Assembly: GCA_013239625.1 (NCBI GenBank)
Contig: MU054001.1
Span: forward strand, 2,548,151-2,612,150
Reading direction: 5' to 3'
From: Lama guanicoe
Taxonomy: Eukaryota
DNA: 64,000 nt
The first letter of the stretch is position 1, and the number at the start of each line of letters is the position of its first letter. Below are positions 27,462-40,504 of the stretch, piece by piece. The notes beneath the pieces were generated by a model. It made no database searches and was not told the DNA's origin. It saw only the letters and a list, made by a program, of their open reading frames with translations. The position numbers were made by a program, and so were the translations under genes.

Positions 27462-28329
27462 GTAAGTTTTGATGACAGTGCTAGTTAAAGCAATAGTTCC
27501 AACCTGATTTCCAATGATTATTGTCCAAATGGGAACACTCTAATGCTGGGATTTCCTTATAAAACTTGTAACCCTAGAAAAGTCACATTAAAAAAAAAAA
27601 GCCAGCACAACTTAAGGATATATACAAAAGCCAGCATTGTAAATTCCATATTGCTCTGGACTTGGGAAAATAAGCAGATGGAATATATTGGAAGGGCTGA
27701 GGGCACAGATGTCTTCTTGGCTTGGGTTCAGAGTGAAAGAAGCCCATTTTATAGCTGAATCTGGGATAGGAAAGATCCAGAAACAGAGGGCTGAAAAACC
27801 AAATACACAAGGTTTAATGAACTGTTTTTCAAGACAACCATTACAATATTTAAGCAACAAGTCATTGTTTGGGGGCTGATTTCTAACTGATTTAAATATT
27901 TGTTTTGAGTGGGAAGAGCTTTTTGATGGTGGTTGAGTTATGCTAGGTGCCCTTAGATCTTCCATTTACAGTAGCATTGCTACGGTTCCGGAGAAGGAGA
28001 GCGCTTACCCTGTTGAAGCCCTAAGCCCTTTGTTCATTACAAACATTGTCTCTACCGTGTTTAATAAACTGGGCATGAATGTTTACTGTGTCAAACTTTC
28101 TTTGAAATGTGAAAAAATAAAATCAGCTTTTATGTTGGATTTAGGGACCATGCTGCTAAAGGAGAAGCCATAAAAATAATTCACTTCTATTGTTCAGTTT
28201 TTGTGATCAAATTTATGCATATCTGTTGAAAGAAAATAGACAAGAAGAAAAAAATTAAATCACCAGAAATCCTCTTGTTAGAAAACAGAGTTAAAATTTT
28301 GTAATAAAGCTTTCCAGTCATATATGTAT

Positions 28330-28800
28330 CCTTTTTTGTATTCCTGTTGTTTTCTTCCAGCAGTGTTATAGGTTGTTCCTTGTCAATAAATATAGATATA
28401 GATCACCAACTTGAATAGATATCTATATTTTATCTAATCTGTAGTTTATCTAACCTATCTACCATTTGTAGACACCATGATTGCCTTTATGTATCTATCT
28501 GTCTGTCTCTCTATCTATCTATCCCCTACCTTTTCAATAACATAGCAATGCCTATCTACATACTTCTCTGTGTGCTTGTCCGATTATTTCCCTGGGTTGA
28601 ATTCCCAGAAGCAGAATTGCTGGATCAACGAGTCTGCACAAGTTTAACTTTTGATAGGTATTGCCAAATTGCCTGCCAAAATTTCAAACCCATTATACTC
28701 CCTTCAACAGGATATGAGACTGTCTTTTCTCCATATGCTCACTAGCACCAAGTAATATCAATCCAATTAATCTCTGCCAAGCTGAAAGGCTAACGCAGCC
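28330..28800 (-). mobile_element. Old L1 (L1ME-like) 3' fragment with embedded (TCTA)n
   Basis: attcccagaagcagaattgctggatcaa...gataggtattgccaaattgcc. Confidence 0.75.
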
Positions 28801-29161
28801 ACAGCATTAACATTTTTTTGTTCTTATTTGTGTATTTAAGATTATTATTCTTTCTACATCTTGTTACATGTTAATTAGCACAGAACATTATGAATGTCCA
28901 GACTATGAGCTTCTATTCATTGTGTTTGCACTTTCATTGTATTTTGAAGAGATTATATGATATAGCCTAGAAGTTAGCAGGTCTGGCATTTAGTCCCTAA
29001 TGGGGTTAGTTAACACTTCTCCCTAAAGACATCTGTAAAATGGGAGCAATTATAATCCATGCACAGCCATGAGGACTACTTTCTTCTATTGGGAAGAGGA
29101 GGTTTTGTGTTTGTTTACTTGGGGTTTGGATTTTTTGTTTGCTTTTTAAATTGCTGTTCAC

Positions 29162-29700
29162 TGTCATGGTAGGCAGCCTATAAAAGGCCCCCAACTTCCT
29201 AGTCTCCACATCCTGTATAATCTCCCTTTGAGCATGAGCTGGATCTAGTGACTCATTTCCAACTAATAGAATGCAGCAGAACTGACGGGGTACCACTTCT
29301 AAGACTGGATTACTCAAGACTCTGGCTTCCATCTCACTCCACATCTCTCACCCTTTCTCACCATCTACTGCTCTCTCTTGGAGCCTTAGCTGAGTAGCTC
29401 TATGGAGAGGTCCATGGAGCAAGAAACTAATGTCTCTGGCCAACAACCAGCAAGGACCTGGGGCCTGCCACCTGCCATGTGAGCAAGCTTGGAAGCAGAC
29501 CCTGCCCCAGGCCAGCCTAGAGATGACAGCGGCCACAGCTGTGACACTGACTGCAGACTGTGAGAGACTCCAAGTCAGAGGCACCCAAACAGGTTGTGCC
29601 TGAACTCATGATCCTCGGAAACTGAAAAAATAATTGTTTGTTGTTTTAAGCCACTAAGTTGTAGAATAATTTGTTATGCAGAAAGAAATAACTAATACGA
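29162..29700 (+). mobile_element. MLT1 (E/F-like) solo LTR
   Basis: tgtcatggtaggcagcc...gagcaagcttggaagcagac...ttgttttaagccactaagtt...taactaata. Confidence 0.9.
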
Positions 29701-29835
29701 CTCCTGAGTTACCCTCTTAGCGTCGTTACTAAGTGTCCTGTGCTCTGCCTCCTGCTCCTGGCTCGGCCATGCACCACCCCTTCATCTGGTCACCACTGGG
29801 GACTCAGAATTCTTAGTCTCAGTGTACTTGGTCTG

Positions 29836-30440
29836 TTTTAGTAGAGGGATCAGGGAAAGCCACAATCCTGTATAAACCACATCTTTTATTTTCTGTATTC
29901 TAATGCTTTGATATCTGGGGCCTTGCTGACCCCGGAGGGACTGCCCGTCTGAGTTAGTGGATTTCTAGAGGTAGTAAGCAGCTGTCTTGGAAGTGTGCTT
30001 TTCAGATGCAAACTAACCTATCCACAGTCCACACCCCCAGCCACCTCTTTTATTGGGCTCTTATACTCTGAGCTACTAACTTCCTGTCCTGATTACCCCA
30101 GGGCTAGATACCAGACAGTAAGAACAACCCCTGCACCCCAGAGCCCACTGAAATTATTCACACTAGCCAATCCTAAACCTGCTTGCCCTGTCTTGTCCAT
30201 TTCTTCCCATAGAAACCACAAGAAAGGCTCTTATCCACAGCGTCCCCCTCTTCCTCCGCCTCCTGACTGACCCTGGTGCTTCCCCACTGACCCTGGTGCT
30301 TCCCTATGTGTCCCCCACTCCAGGGTGTGCCCCCTCTTCTCGGAATCTGTGAATGCAACTAATTGTCTTTTCAGTGGCAATTGTTTTATGATCTGCTGGC
30401 CTTACCATACCTGAATAATAACAAAACTTATGTTAAAACA
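29836..30440 (+). mobile_element. ERV1-class solo LTR (MER34/MER39-like)
   Basis: atctggggccttgctgaccccggagggactgcc...cactagccaatcctaaacctgc; ends aaaaca; internal ~20-bp tandem ctgaccctggtgcttccc at ~30267-30305. Confidence 0.8.
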
Positions 30441-32308
30441 ACTCCCCTTATTCCTGCTTGCCTCCTTGCTTATACTACCTCCTCTCAATACTTTTAAATG
30501 AAAGGCTATGACTAGCACATCACCAAAACCAAATTCTATTTCTCAGAGACCCATATTAGCTAAAAACACAATAGGAAAGAGAAACACTTTTGTAAGGGCA
30601 CTTGATCTGTGCAGATTCCCTTGACAATGAATACGCAAATCAGCATCAGTTCTCCTTTGTGACAATTTTCAGATTCTGCATTAGGCTCACCAATATTTAA
30701 GCAATTGGTCTCATTAGAGAACAGCCTACCCCCATGTAACTCAGCTTACTCTGAGTTGCACAAAGACAGATCAAAAGCTCTTAAAGTACTGCTTTTAAAA
30801 TTAAATTATTTGTTGGTCACACCCTTCTTACCTCTTGTTCCTGCAAGTAAAGAGGAGAGAAAGAGGTTAGGTTTCTAAGTATTTTAGTCAAAGGGCTAGC
30901 TCAGATGATCTTTCAAGGTCCTTTCTAGCCCTTAAATTTGCTTGTCTTGTTTGTGGATTTGTGTGGAGCATGGCAGAATGAAGATCATGGACACTACTGC
31001 TTATTCATTATAACCTGATATGGTTTGTGTTTTAGTTTCCTTTCTTTTTGAAGAAATAGCATTCTAGCTTGCATGACCCGTAATCCTGTCTCAAATCCTT
31101 ATTTTCGAGTGAGGTGGGGAATGCACTTAGGCATACTTCACATAGACTGTCTTCTGGATTTCCCATAGGCTTGTGGGATGTGATCTTTTGTCTCTAAAGG
31201 GAATGTACTTTGACATTGTTCTAGAAGAGAAAAAGGGAAAGGCTGTGCTTTCCTAAGGTACAATCAAATTTTGTCAAAATTTGCATTCAATGAGCCTATT
31301 TGTCAACATTGCTTTGTAGCTAAAGTTGCTTTTATCCACTCTTATTCATCTGAGGTTAAACTAAATAGTGTGTAAGTTACTAAATCATCAAAACATGGGA
31401 AAGGAAAGAGAAATATTTCTTATTCTTTGATCTGCATCTCAGCTGTGAGGTGCAGTGAATCTTGTGCTTCAAGACTGTCAATCATTTCTGATTCTAGAAC
31501 TACTATAATAAAAATTAAGATTCTGATAGGCTATATTCAGATTCTATTTTTTTTTGAGATTCTTTTCTTTGTTTAATAAACTGCCTCTTAAATAATGCTC
31601 TTACTCTGTTGAGGAGAGAAATGTGTGTGGAATTGACAAGCAAACACACAAAAATGGAATGGTAGCTGGGTTCCTGTAACCAAGAGAAATTTGCGAGACA
31701 TTTAATTGTGAAGGGAGTCACAGTATTCAGAGATTGACCTTGAAGTTTTAAAAAAAGTGAATTGATGCACTGCAACAAGCACAAAGCCAGCTTTGGTGCT
31801 AAATGTAAATTGTTAAAAATGATACGGAATAACATCTGCCTTGTAGTATGCCTTAATCAGCACTGTGAAAAATGAAAGTTTAACGATCTACTATAGTGGC
31901 TTCTAAGTGAAGGATAAACAAAGGATGAAAGAGTTTCTTGCATGGTTTGTAACTGATGCCATGAAAAATGTCAAGAACCATCTGCCTCAAAGTTATCCAA
32001 ACTGTCATCAAGTATTCTAATCCAGTCAAACGAGATGCAACTAGAACAACCTATGTAACTTGCTGAAGGCTTATCAAAAGAGTTGTAAATAAAGAAGGAA
32101 AAAACCCATCAACTGTGTAGCCGCAGATTGCAGCCAGCTTGCCGGTGGCTTTGAAATTCAATCCCATTTCTCTAGTCTGACAAACTGTACTAAATAGCAA
32201 AATGGATTTTTATTGCTCTCAGCCATTTTCACTTTAGTTGCTATCGGGAGATGAATACACAGTTTCCTAATAGAATCAGAATCATGATTTATCTTTTAAA
32301 ATGCACAG

Positions 32309-32386
32309 ACTGATTTAGACCTTACCACTCAGTCCATGGGTATGTACAGAGCACGTGCAGAGAAGCCAAGCATTACATTTCTGTAG
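32309..32386 (+). other. Candidate exon (78 nt)
   Basis: Weak acceptor ttttaaaatgcacag| and donor TAG|GTAAGA, at the end of a repeat-free block. Confidence 0.2.
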
Positions 32387-32519
32387 GTAAGAGATCACTT
32401 ACCCATGCTTCAGTAGATTTCCATGGCCTAAGAATCCACACTTTTTAGAAAAATCGGAGCTTGTCTTATACTAGCTATTTACTAAATCAAATTTTCATCA
32501 TCCACTCATTAAATGAGTA

Positions 32520-32695
32520 CAGAGTTCAGAATCATACCAATGGGGTTTAAACCCCAGCTCTCCCACTTACTGGCTGAGAGACCTTAAGCAAGTTGCTTAA
32601 CTTCCCTGAACTTATTGTCATCATCTGGAAGACCAAGATAATTCCAATTACCTAGATAGACACGAGTTAATGCTTATGAAATTCCTGAAACATTG
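32520..32695 (+). mobile_element. MIR SINE
   Basis: ggtttaaaccccagctctcccacttactggctg...gcaagttgcttaacttccctga. Confidence 0.75.
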
Positions 32696-32699
32696 AAGC

Positions 32700-33062
32700 C
32701 AATTATGGCAGAGACAGGTAATGCTCACTGAATATCCATCTCCCTGTGTCTCCTTTGGTTTCCTAGTCTCCTTTGCAATGGGGGTGGAGCCATGTCACTA
32801 GTTCTGGCCAATGGCCTGTTGATAGAAGGGTTACTTGTCATTTCTGAGCCAAGATATTTAACTGTCTGTCCCCCTCCTCCATCTTTCTCACTCCCTGCCA
32901 AGGCAACCTTGGAATTGATGTGTTCCAGACAGAACAGTTACAAGATACAGAAGGGCCACTGGTCCCACATTGGACTTCCCATGAGAAATATATCTTTGCT
33001 GGGTTTTTGCTGACAGTCGTCATTAATTTGTTACTGCACTTGGCAGAGCTAGGCCTAATACA
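32700..33062 (+). mobile_element. Old MLT1-type LTR
   Basis: gccatgtcactagttctggccaatgg ... tttgttactgca...cctaataca. Confidence 0.65.
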
Positions 33063-33439
33063 TAAATCAATAAGTGTTCATATTTGTAATTATATATATG
33101 TCTACTTTGCTACCAATAGATCCACAATAAATATGTTTTTAAATGGCATGTAACCTTCTGACTATTCCATTCTTTTCTTCAGTGCTTCTAACTGAATGGG
33201 AGAGAAGAAAGATTATGATACAAATAACTGTAGAACAAGGCAGAATGTTGTTAAAGCCACAAAGATAGTTTCACAGAAGAACCTCTGGAAGAAACTTCAT
33301 GGAGGTGCAGTGCCTTTAGCTAGCCTTAGAGGACAGGGGATACTGAGACAGGCAGGTCTAGGAGTGTGCAGGGCATTCCGTGTTTCACCTCCTCAAGATG
33401 GAGAACGATGCATAAGTCTTTAGCAAAAAAGAAAAAAAT

Positions 33440-34000
33440 AGGAATGATTACTAGACATATGAAAAGAATATTCACTCCCACTAGTAAGCAGAATAATCAA
33501 ATCAAACTGAATCAACATTGAAACAAGAAGCAGGTATTATTTTTTCATCCACTAGTTTGGCCAAAATAAGATGACTGATAACCAATGCAGGTCAGAGTGG
33601 GGAAATGGTACTCTTGTTAGCCTCTAGTGGAAGGGTAACTTGCTCAGTTCCTGAGGTTTTTGGCAGTAAAGATCAAGAGCCTTAAAAACACACTTATCTT
33701 TCGCCCAGTGATTTCACAAAGATGATTGTACAAATATATTCATCAGGAAAAAAAGGTTAGATAGTAAAATCAAACAAAACAACCAACAACAATGGGAAAC
33801 AATGTCCATCAGTAAGGGATGGATAAAAAATTATGGCATATATGAGAACATTATATTAATTTAAAAAGACACCTATATAAACCTATTGATACAGAAAGAT
33901 CCATACTGTATAGTTGAATAAAAGGATGACTTAGATCATTATGGACTATATGATCCTATTTATGTCTATATTTGTGAAGTTATATATTGTCTAAGTTATA
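33440..34000 (+). mobile_element. Old L1 (L1ME-like) 3' fragment
   Basis: gacatatgaaaagaatattcactcccactagtaa...aatgtccatcagtaagggatggataaaaaattatggcata. Confidence 0.75.
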
Positions 34001-34084
34001 TTTTTAGAGTTCAGAGTTGTAATTATATGTCTACTATATTTTTATACATACTTTATTTCATATATATTTCGACTTTAGTTAGAT

Positions 34085-34415
34085 TTATTTATTTATTTAT
34101 TGAAGTATTGTTGCTTTACAATGTTGTGTCAGTTTCTGGTGGACAGCATAATGTTTCTGTTGTACGTATACATACATATATTCTTTTTCATTATAGGTTA
34201 CTATAAGATATTGAATATAGTTCCCTGTGCTGTACAGTATAAACTTGTTGTTTATCTATTTTATATATATTAGTTAGTATCTGCAAATCCCAGACTCCCA
34301 ATTTATCCCTCCCTACCCCATTTCCCCCTGGTAGCCATAAGTTTATTTTCTATGTCTGTGAGTCTTTCTATTTTGTACATAAATTTATTTGTGTCACTTT
34401 TTTTTATTCCACATA
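34085..34415 (-). mobile_element. Lineage-specific L1 3' end
   Basis: ttattgaagtattgttgctttacaatgttgtgtcagtttctggt...ttccacatat; short tagattta repeat at both flanks. Confidence 0.85.
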
Positions 34416-35009
34416 TAGATTTAAATAATACATGCATATCCTTTCAAAATTTTTATATATCAAAATTTTAACAGTCTATACTTGGTGGTTTTAGGTGTCA
34501 GGATTATCAATGAAATTTATTTTTACCCTTATTTTCTGAATTATTTTTCACGTGTATATGTTCCTTTTATAATTAAAAAAAAAAGGTATTTCAAAAAAAA
34601 AAAAAAAGGGAGGGAGAAACTGTTTGGAAATGGCCTTCATGTTTGGATGTGGATAAGGGACTCGACTCTTCTGATGGCCTCATCCTCTGTGTGATGGATA
34701 TGATTTCTTACAACCTGATTGTGTCTATTCTTTGTGTAAAGAGATGAGCTACATGTGAAACAGGCCATTTCCTACTTATGTAAATCATTTTGCATTGAAA
34801 AATATTGCTTATCCACATGTTTTTATCATTTTGTTATCTGCCATTTCTCTAAAAAGCAACTGTACCTTTTAATTTTATAATAATTCTGAAGTGGTTTGAC
34901 AGATCACAAAAGAGAAAAAGATGGATTGATACTTTAAGAGCTAGGAAGCTGGAAATCTCTTACCTTGTACCGTCAGGGCAGAGAATTCTTAGTTTTGTTA
35001 TATTTAAAA

Positions 35010-35195
35010 CAGCAGCTACTCTGTATCGAGTGCTTTCTATTTGCCAGGTCTGTGCTAAGCCCGTTTTTGTGCAATATCTTATTTCATCCTCACCACAAGC
35101 CTGTGAGGTCAGTTCAGTTATTATTTCAGCTTTATAGTTGAGGAGACTGAGTTTGTTACTTATTGATTAAGTAATTTATCAGGGTTCCACAGCTA
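35010..35195 (-). mobile_element. MIR SINE
   Basis: tgccaggtctgtgctaag...tcctcaccacaagcctgtgagg...gaggagactgag. Confidence 0.75.
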
Positions 35196-35890
35196 AAAAG
35201 TAGAAATCATTATTTTGCCTGATAATTGAGAGACAATCAGGTTCCAGATGGTGGAATCTTGATGAATGAAAAGGGACCAGGTTAGGAAATAGATGCCGCA
35301 GATCATATTGCTGCTAATTCTTGGCAACTTTTCCCCCTTGGGTTGAAGTATATATATATATATGAAGTATATATGCTCTCCTTCACATGAGAGTAAGGGA
35401 ATAAAAACTATATCTCTATATACATATCTAGATCTATGCCAATAAAGACAGTGAGGAGAGGACACAGATGAGAGATGTCAAGGAATTTTTGAAAAATTGA
35501 AAACAGAATACAGAGTAGTAATTAATTTAGCAGAGTGGAGACAGCTGTAACCTAACTGCTTGTGGTGTAAGGAGATAATGCAGGAATATTTGCTCTGGAG
35601 ATTCATGCAAAAGGCTCAAAGACTAAAAGCATCCCAAAGAGTACCTGTTTATTTATCTGCCTAGTTATTTTTCTCAGAATATTTTAATCCATTTTGTAGA
35701 ATTCTTACTTTTCAATGCATTGCTTTATGATTGTTTCCTTTTTCTTGCTTTTTCAATTTTTTCAAATTAAAAAGTTTTGAGGTTTCTAAATTATACAAGT
35801 ATCTTATTCATATTGCAAGAATTCCAAAAAACATAGAAATGTAGAGAGTGATAAAAAGAAAGTCTTTCACATCTCCATATGATTCTCTAG

Positions 35891-36098
35891 CTGTGCTACC
35901 CAATATGGTATCCACTAGCTCCATGTTGATATTTAAATTTAAATGGATTAAAATAAACTAAAATGAAAAATCCAGTTCCACAGTTGCACTAGCCACATTT
36001 CAAGTGTTCAACAGTCACAGGTGGCTAGTGGCTACTGTATTGAACAGAGCAGAAATAGGTTATTTCTGTTATCATAGAAAGTATGTTGGACACTATTG
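35891..36098 (-). mobile_element. MER3 (hAT-Charlie) DNA transposon fossil, near full length
   Basis: gcactagccacatttcaagtg...gtggctagtggctactgtattg matches the reverse complement of the MER3 consensus as recalled. Confidence 0.85.
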
Positions 36099-38787
36099 CT
36101 TTAGAGGTAGTCACTATTAACAGCTTATTGTGTAATTGTTCAAAAATTTTTCAGTTGCGCATGGAAATAATAATGTGTCCTACTCCACCTACTCATGGTT
36201 TTACACAAATAGTCCAGCTGATTTTCAGGAAAAGCAACAATGTCTTGTTCCATCTCTCCATATCCCCAGCTCAGCTTCCCAGAAGCACCTACTTACCATT
36301 TTTTAAATCAAATTGTAGTTTGTGCATTATAACAAACTAAATAATGTAGACAGAAGCACAAGCAGAGCACCCCTGACCATCTCCAGTCTTATAGAGACAA
36401 AATCCATTTAATGTTTCTGGTTTTTGCTCTTTTGGTGACTGCTTCCGCAACTCCATTTGTTGATTTATCACTCACTCAGTGTCTATTAACTCCTCAATAT
36501 GGAAGATGAGGATTAGCTCGCCCTTATCGACCTCTCCCCTTTATGTTCCCCTCCTAGTGTTTGAAATTTATATCATTGCATTCTGTTAGTTGCCTCTTTT
36601 AACTCCAAATAACATTGGTTAACCTCCATTTCTTATTTCATTAACTTTCCCTGAACTTGCAAAATTGTGGTATCAGCTCCTCAGCCCTCCCTTCTATCTC
36701 TTCCATTTCCAAGTCCAGCTCTCTGCTGCCCCTCCCTATCCACACACTGTATATTCTGACTGCCTACCACTGCTGCGTGCTCTCTGCTTACTCCATAGGT
36801 TAGCTTTAACAGTCTGAAGCCAAATTAGCAACATTCATTTGAAACAAAATATGTGGCTTGAACTAAAAAGGCTCTCAGCTTTCCTCAATCTACTTTGCTA
36901 GACTTGATGTTAGATATCTGATAGAAACTCATCTCGCAGTGAGGGAGTTTATCTGTGTGCGTGTGTTTGTGTGTGTGTGCTCACGTGCGCACGTGCAGTC
37001 GTGTCTGCGTGGGCAAGTGCTTCTCTTTCTCTACTCGTGTCAGGTGGGAGGTACATGTTTAGGGGCTTTGGAGGTCCCTTGGAGACAAGCTACAGCAGAG
37101 TGATTCTGATCCCTTTGATTGTATACAGGCTTCACATCCTGGATCTTTGTTCAGACACTGTCTCTCTGGCATGGCCTGGGGGCTGTGGATACAGCTGAGC
37201 TTTCTGATCTTCCAGAGTCTAAAAGATTTCCTTGACTGAGATAGAAGCCAATGGTCGAAAAGGCAGAGAGAGCAAAATTTCAATCCCAGAGATCTATGCA
37301 AATACACGGAGACATCTATATTACATAGGCCATGAAAGTTGACACAAGTTATTCATAATTTCAATGACAATATTGGATTGCCTTTAATATGCACTAGTTG
37401 AAAGGGGGAACTAACCAAAAGCTAATATTGGTGCTGGCTTTCAGGCTGCTGGGAGGCCCCCAAGAATCTCATTGGCAGTCTCTTTTGAAGATCGGTTCCC
37501 TATGTCCATTAAACCAAGATTAAATTAGTTTGTGGGAGCTGCTTTTAGCATTTGCACTATTACATTATGCATGATTCCTGACTGCACATTGCATGAACAA
37601 ACTACACAAAGCTCCATTAGTGATTTTTTAGGGGTGTGCTTAACTTGGAAATGGATTGATTTTGTGTAGGTTAATGTATAGCAGTGGTGCTTCCACGTCC
37701 TTAGAAATACCCTGTTATATTTGATATCAATAGGGAAGCACTCTTTGGGGATTATGGCTCATTTTAAAAGGATAAATTATGTAGATTGCATGATTAGAGA
37801 GCAGTAAATCCTATCACAGTATATTGTAATATCAGGAAAAAGAGTACTCCCCTCCTCCACGCCTTGGAGAGATCAGGCGAGCTCGTTCAGTGTGTTTCCC
37901 ACCACTTCCCCATGTGGGTAAAATGATGCTCCCAGGATCATTCAGCAGTCAGGGCAGAGCCAAAAATTGAACTTGTATCTTTTCGATTCTGGTTGTGAGA
38001 ATTAGAAGACTGGATTTTTAGGGACCTTAGGACCTCCTTCCCACTAGAGGGCTGCATCCATTTTTCTGTTCTTTCTAGAGCCAAGTGCGGTGCTTAGGAT
38101 ACTGAAGGTGTTGGTATATACTTGCTGAATTGAACTAAATATAATGCAGCTTCCTCATTTTATAGAGGAGGTAACTGGCACATAGCTAAATATTTAGTTA
38201 AAAAAATGCTTTTACTAGTGTGCACCATAGGCCAGCCACAAAGATCAATCAGCCATAGCCGCTCCCCTCCAGGAGCTGAGAGTCCTATGGGGAAGCAGGT
38301 GGTGCACAGGCAGTGCCTATGAAGGGAGCAGAATGCAGCGGGTGTGCTGGGCACACAGAGCCAAGTCCTCCAGCTACTTCGGGGCGATGATATCTACAGC
38401 TAGTCAGGCAAATGATGTGGCAGAAGGCATCCAGGTAGAAGAAGAGGCGTGAGTACAGGGACAAAGAGAGAAAACAGCATGGAGTGGGCAAGGGTGGATA
38501 AGCCAGGGTGGGAGATGGGGAGAGATCCAGAGAGGCAGGTAAGACGGATCAGTTAGGAACCTCTCTGCCAGGTGGAAAAGCTTGGGGATGTCTGATGTTC
38601 AATGGCAGAAGCAAGACTCAAATTCACTTCTCTTGATTCAAACTGCACCATCTGCCAGTATCACTCTACGTTGTTTCCTCTTACTTCAATCCTGGAGTCT
38701 CTTTCGCTGCCCTGACTGGGAGAACTTATGCTGCAGACCCTGCTTTTTATTAGTATTTTTTAATTAGAAAAGTAATGCATTCTAATT

Positions 38788-38921
38788 TTTTTGTTATGGG
38801 CGAGGTAATTTGGTTTGTTTGTTTGTTTGTTTGTTTATTTGCTTATGGTGGTACTGGGGATTGAACCCACGACCTCATGCATACTAGGCATGCACTCTAC
38901 CACCTAGCTATACACTTCCCC
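38788..38921 (-). mobile_element. tRNA-derived SINE of the camelid Vic-1 type
   Basis: Reverse strand reads gggggaagtgtatagctaggtggtagagtgcatgcctagtatgcatgaggtcgtgggttcaatccccagtaccacc with A/B boxes and an (AAAC)n tail; TSD cattctaatt at 38778-38787 and 38922-38931. Confidence 0.85.
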
Positions 38922-39229
38922 CATTCTAATTATTTTAAGGACCAAAGGATATAAAGAGAAAAATAAAATCTCCCCTCTTTGTCTGCTTTCTTATGCATCC
39001 TTCCAGACATATTCCATGTGTGTAAGAAGTGTGGTATATAACAAACAACATCAGGCAACTCACACTGTTTAGGAACTTGCTTTGGTTCATTTGACAGTAA
39101 ATCTCACACAACTTTCCATTACTATATAGCCCTGTCTCAATTTTAAAAAAATTGCTGCATAGTATTTCATGGCTATAATTTATTTAACCAGTACAGCATT
39201 TGACTATTTGAGTCTTTCTCATTTACCTA

Positions 39230-39375
39230 TATATAAATATACACACACACGTACACAAACATATTTATACCCATACATTCACACACATATACACACAGGT
39301 GTATATTGGATGTATGTATTATACACCTACTATTTGTATATATATTCATATATACATATAGTATATTATAAATAC
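39230..39375. repeat. Degenerate (CA/TA)n low-complexity tract
   Basis: acacacacacgtacacaaacatat...tatatatattcatatatacatata. Confidence 0.75.
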
Positions 39376-39775
39376 GGTAGAAAAAGTATAAAACATGGAT
39401 TAGCTACACTCAGAAGTTAGGAGAATGATTCCCTCAAAAGAAGGATTGGGGGAAACATTAGCTATTTCATGCTTATCTGTAATATTTTATTTCTTTAAAA
39501 AAGATATATAGCAAATAAGGTAGATATATTGATAGTTATTACATTATCCTTTGTGACTTTCTATTATCTTTCAGATCTACAGTTTTATCTTAAAAATGCA
39601 CACACATACAAAGAAAATTGACATTTTCATTCTATAATGTGCACCATTTTATTTCCTGTAGGGATACATTGAAGAGATCACAAGAGAAGCCCCTCTGAGA
39701 TTCATCTCAAAATCAACCCCAGTAGTAAAGGAGAACTCATAGGTTTCTAGTTTCATTTAAATCATGAGACCATTT

Positions 39776-40499
39776 GGAAGCAAGAGTCAGGGGGAAGACA
39801 GGCAGATAATGTTCCCCTCTTTCCGTCATCCTGTGCTTCTTCCGTGGAGTCCCTCTGGAAAAGTCCAGTGTGCCCAGCACATTTACTCGCTGAGGGGCCT
39901 GCTGTTTTACACTGTGGCTCGCTGAGACGAGGTGGCCAGTCCAGCAGGCCATCTCCTCCATTGCTTTGCATCCTTTCCTTTTTCCTCACCTTCACCACTG
40001 CAAGCTTGCGGCTCCCAGGTGCAACACCAGCACTTCAATCCTTGCCTTGCCTCTGCTTTCCAGAGAACTCAGCACATGCCCAGCACCCACATGTTGGTTA
40101 TGTTGTAGAGTTCATGTGGGGCCTGGGAAACGTTGGTCTGAAGTGTTTCCAGAACAGGGCAACGGGGTTTAGTCAAACACAGATGAAACTGAAGCCAGGT
40201 GTCCTAGATTCAAGCCTTGGGTCTCGTTCTTACTGTGTGACCTTTAGTCTCTCTCATTGGTCTAATGGAAATGCTATTACCTCCCTTCCTTATCTTGAAA
40301 TGCCATCATCAGGGTCAGACAAGATAAGGTTTGAGAAAGCAGTGTGTGAGCCATAAAATTGATGATTGATAAAAGTTGATAGCCTATATATGGATAATAA
40401 TCACAATCAAACATGAGTTTGTTTCAATGAATTCCATTGCCTTTTCAGTCAATACAAGATCAGTGTAAAAATCTATAAAACTGTGAAAAATTCAAGTAG
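39776..40499 (+). repeat. Inverted repeat, left arm (~724 bp)
   Basis: Reverse complement of 43455-44177; mirrored ORFs in the ORF track; includes a decayed MIR-like part at ~40190-40350. Confidence 0.97.
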
Positions 40500-40504
40500 T
40501 TTAC

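Noticed and set aside
38840..38921. tRNA-like sequence on the minus strand
   Set aside because: It has a simple-repeat tail and a TSD and a degenerate cloverleaf, so it is a SINE rather than a tRNA gene.
39844..40356. 170-aa ORF and its mirror copy at 43747-44109, plus the other duplicated ORFs
   Set aside because: GTG start, no recognisable domain, runs into a MIR-like remnant, and the second copy is frameshifted; they only reflect the inverted repeat.
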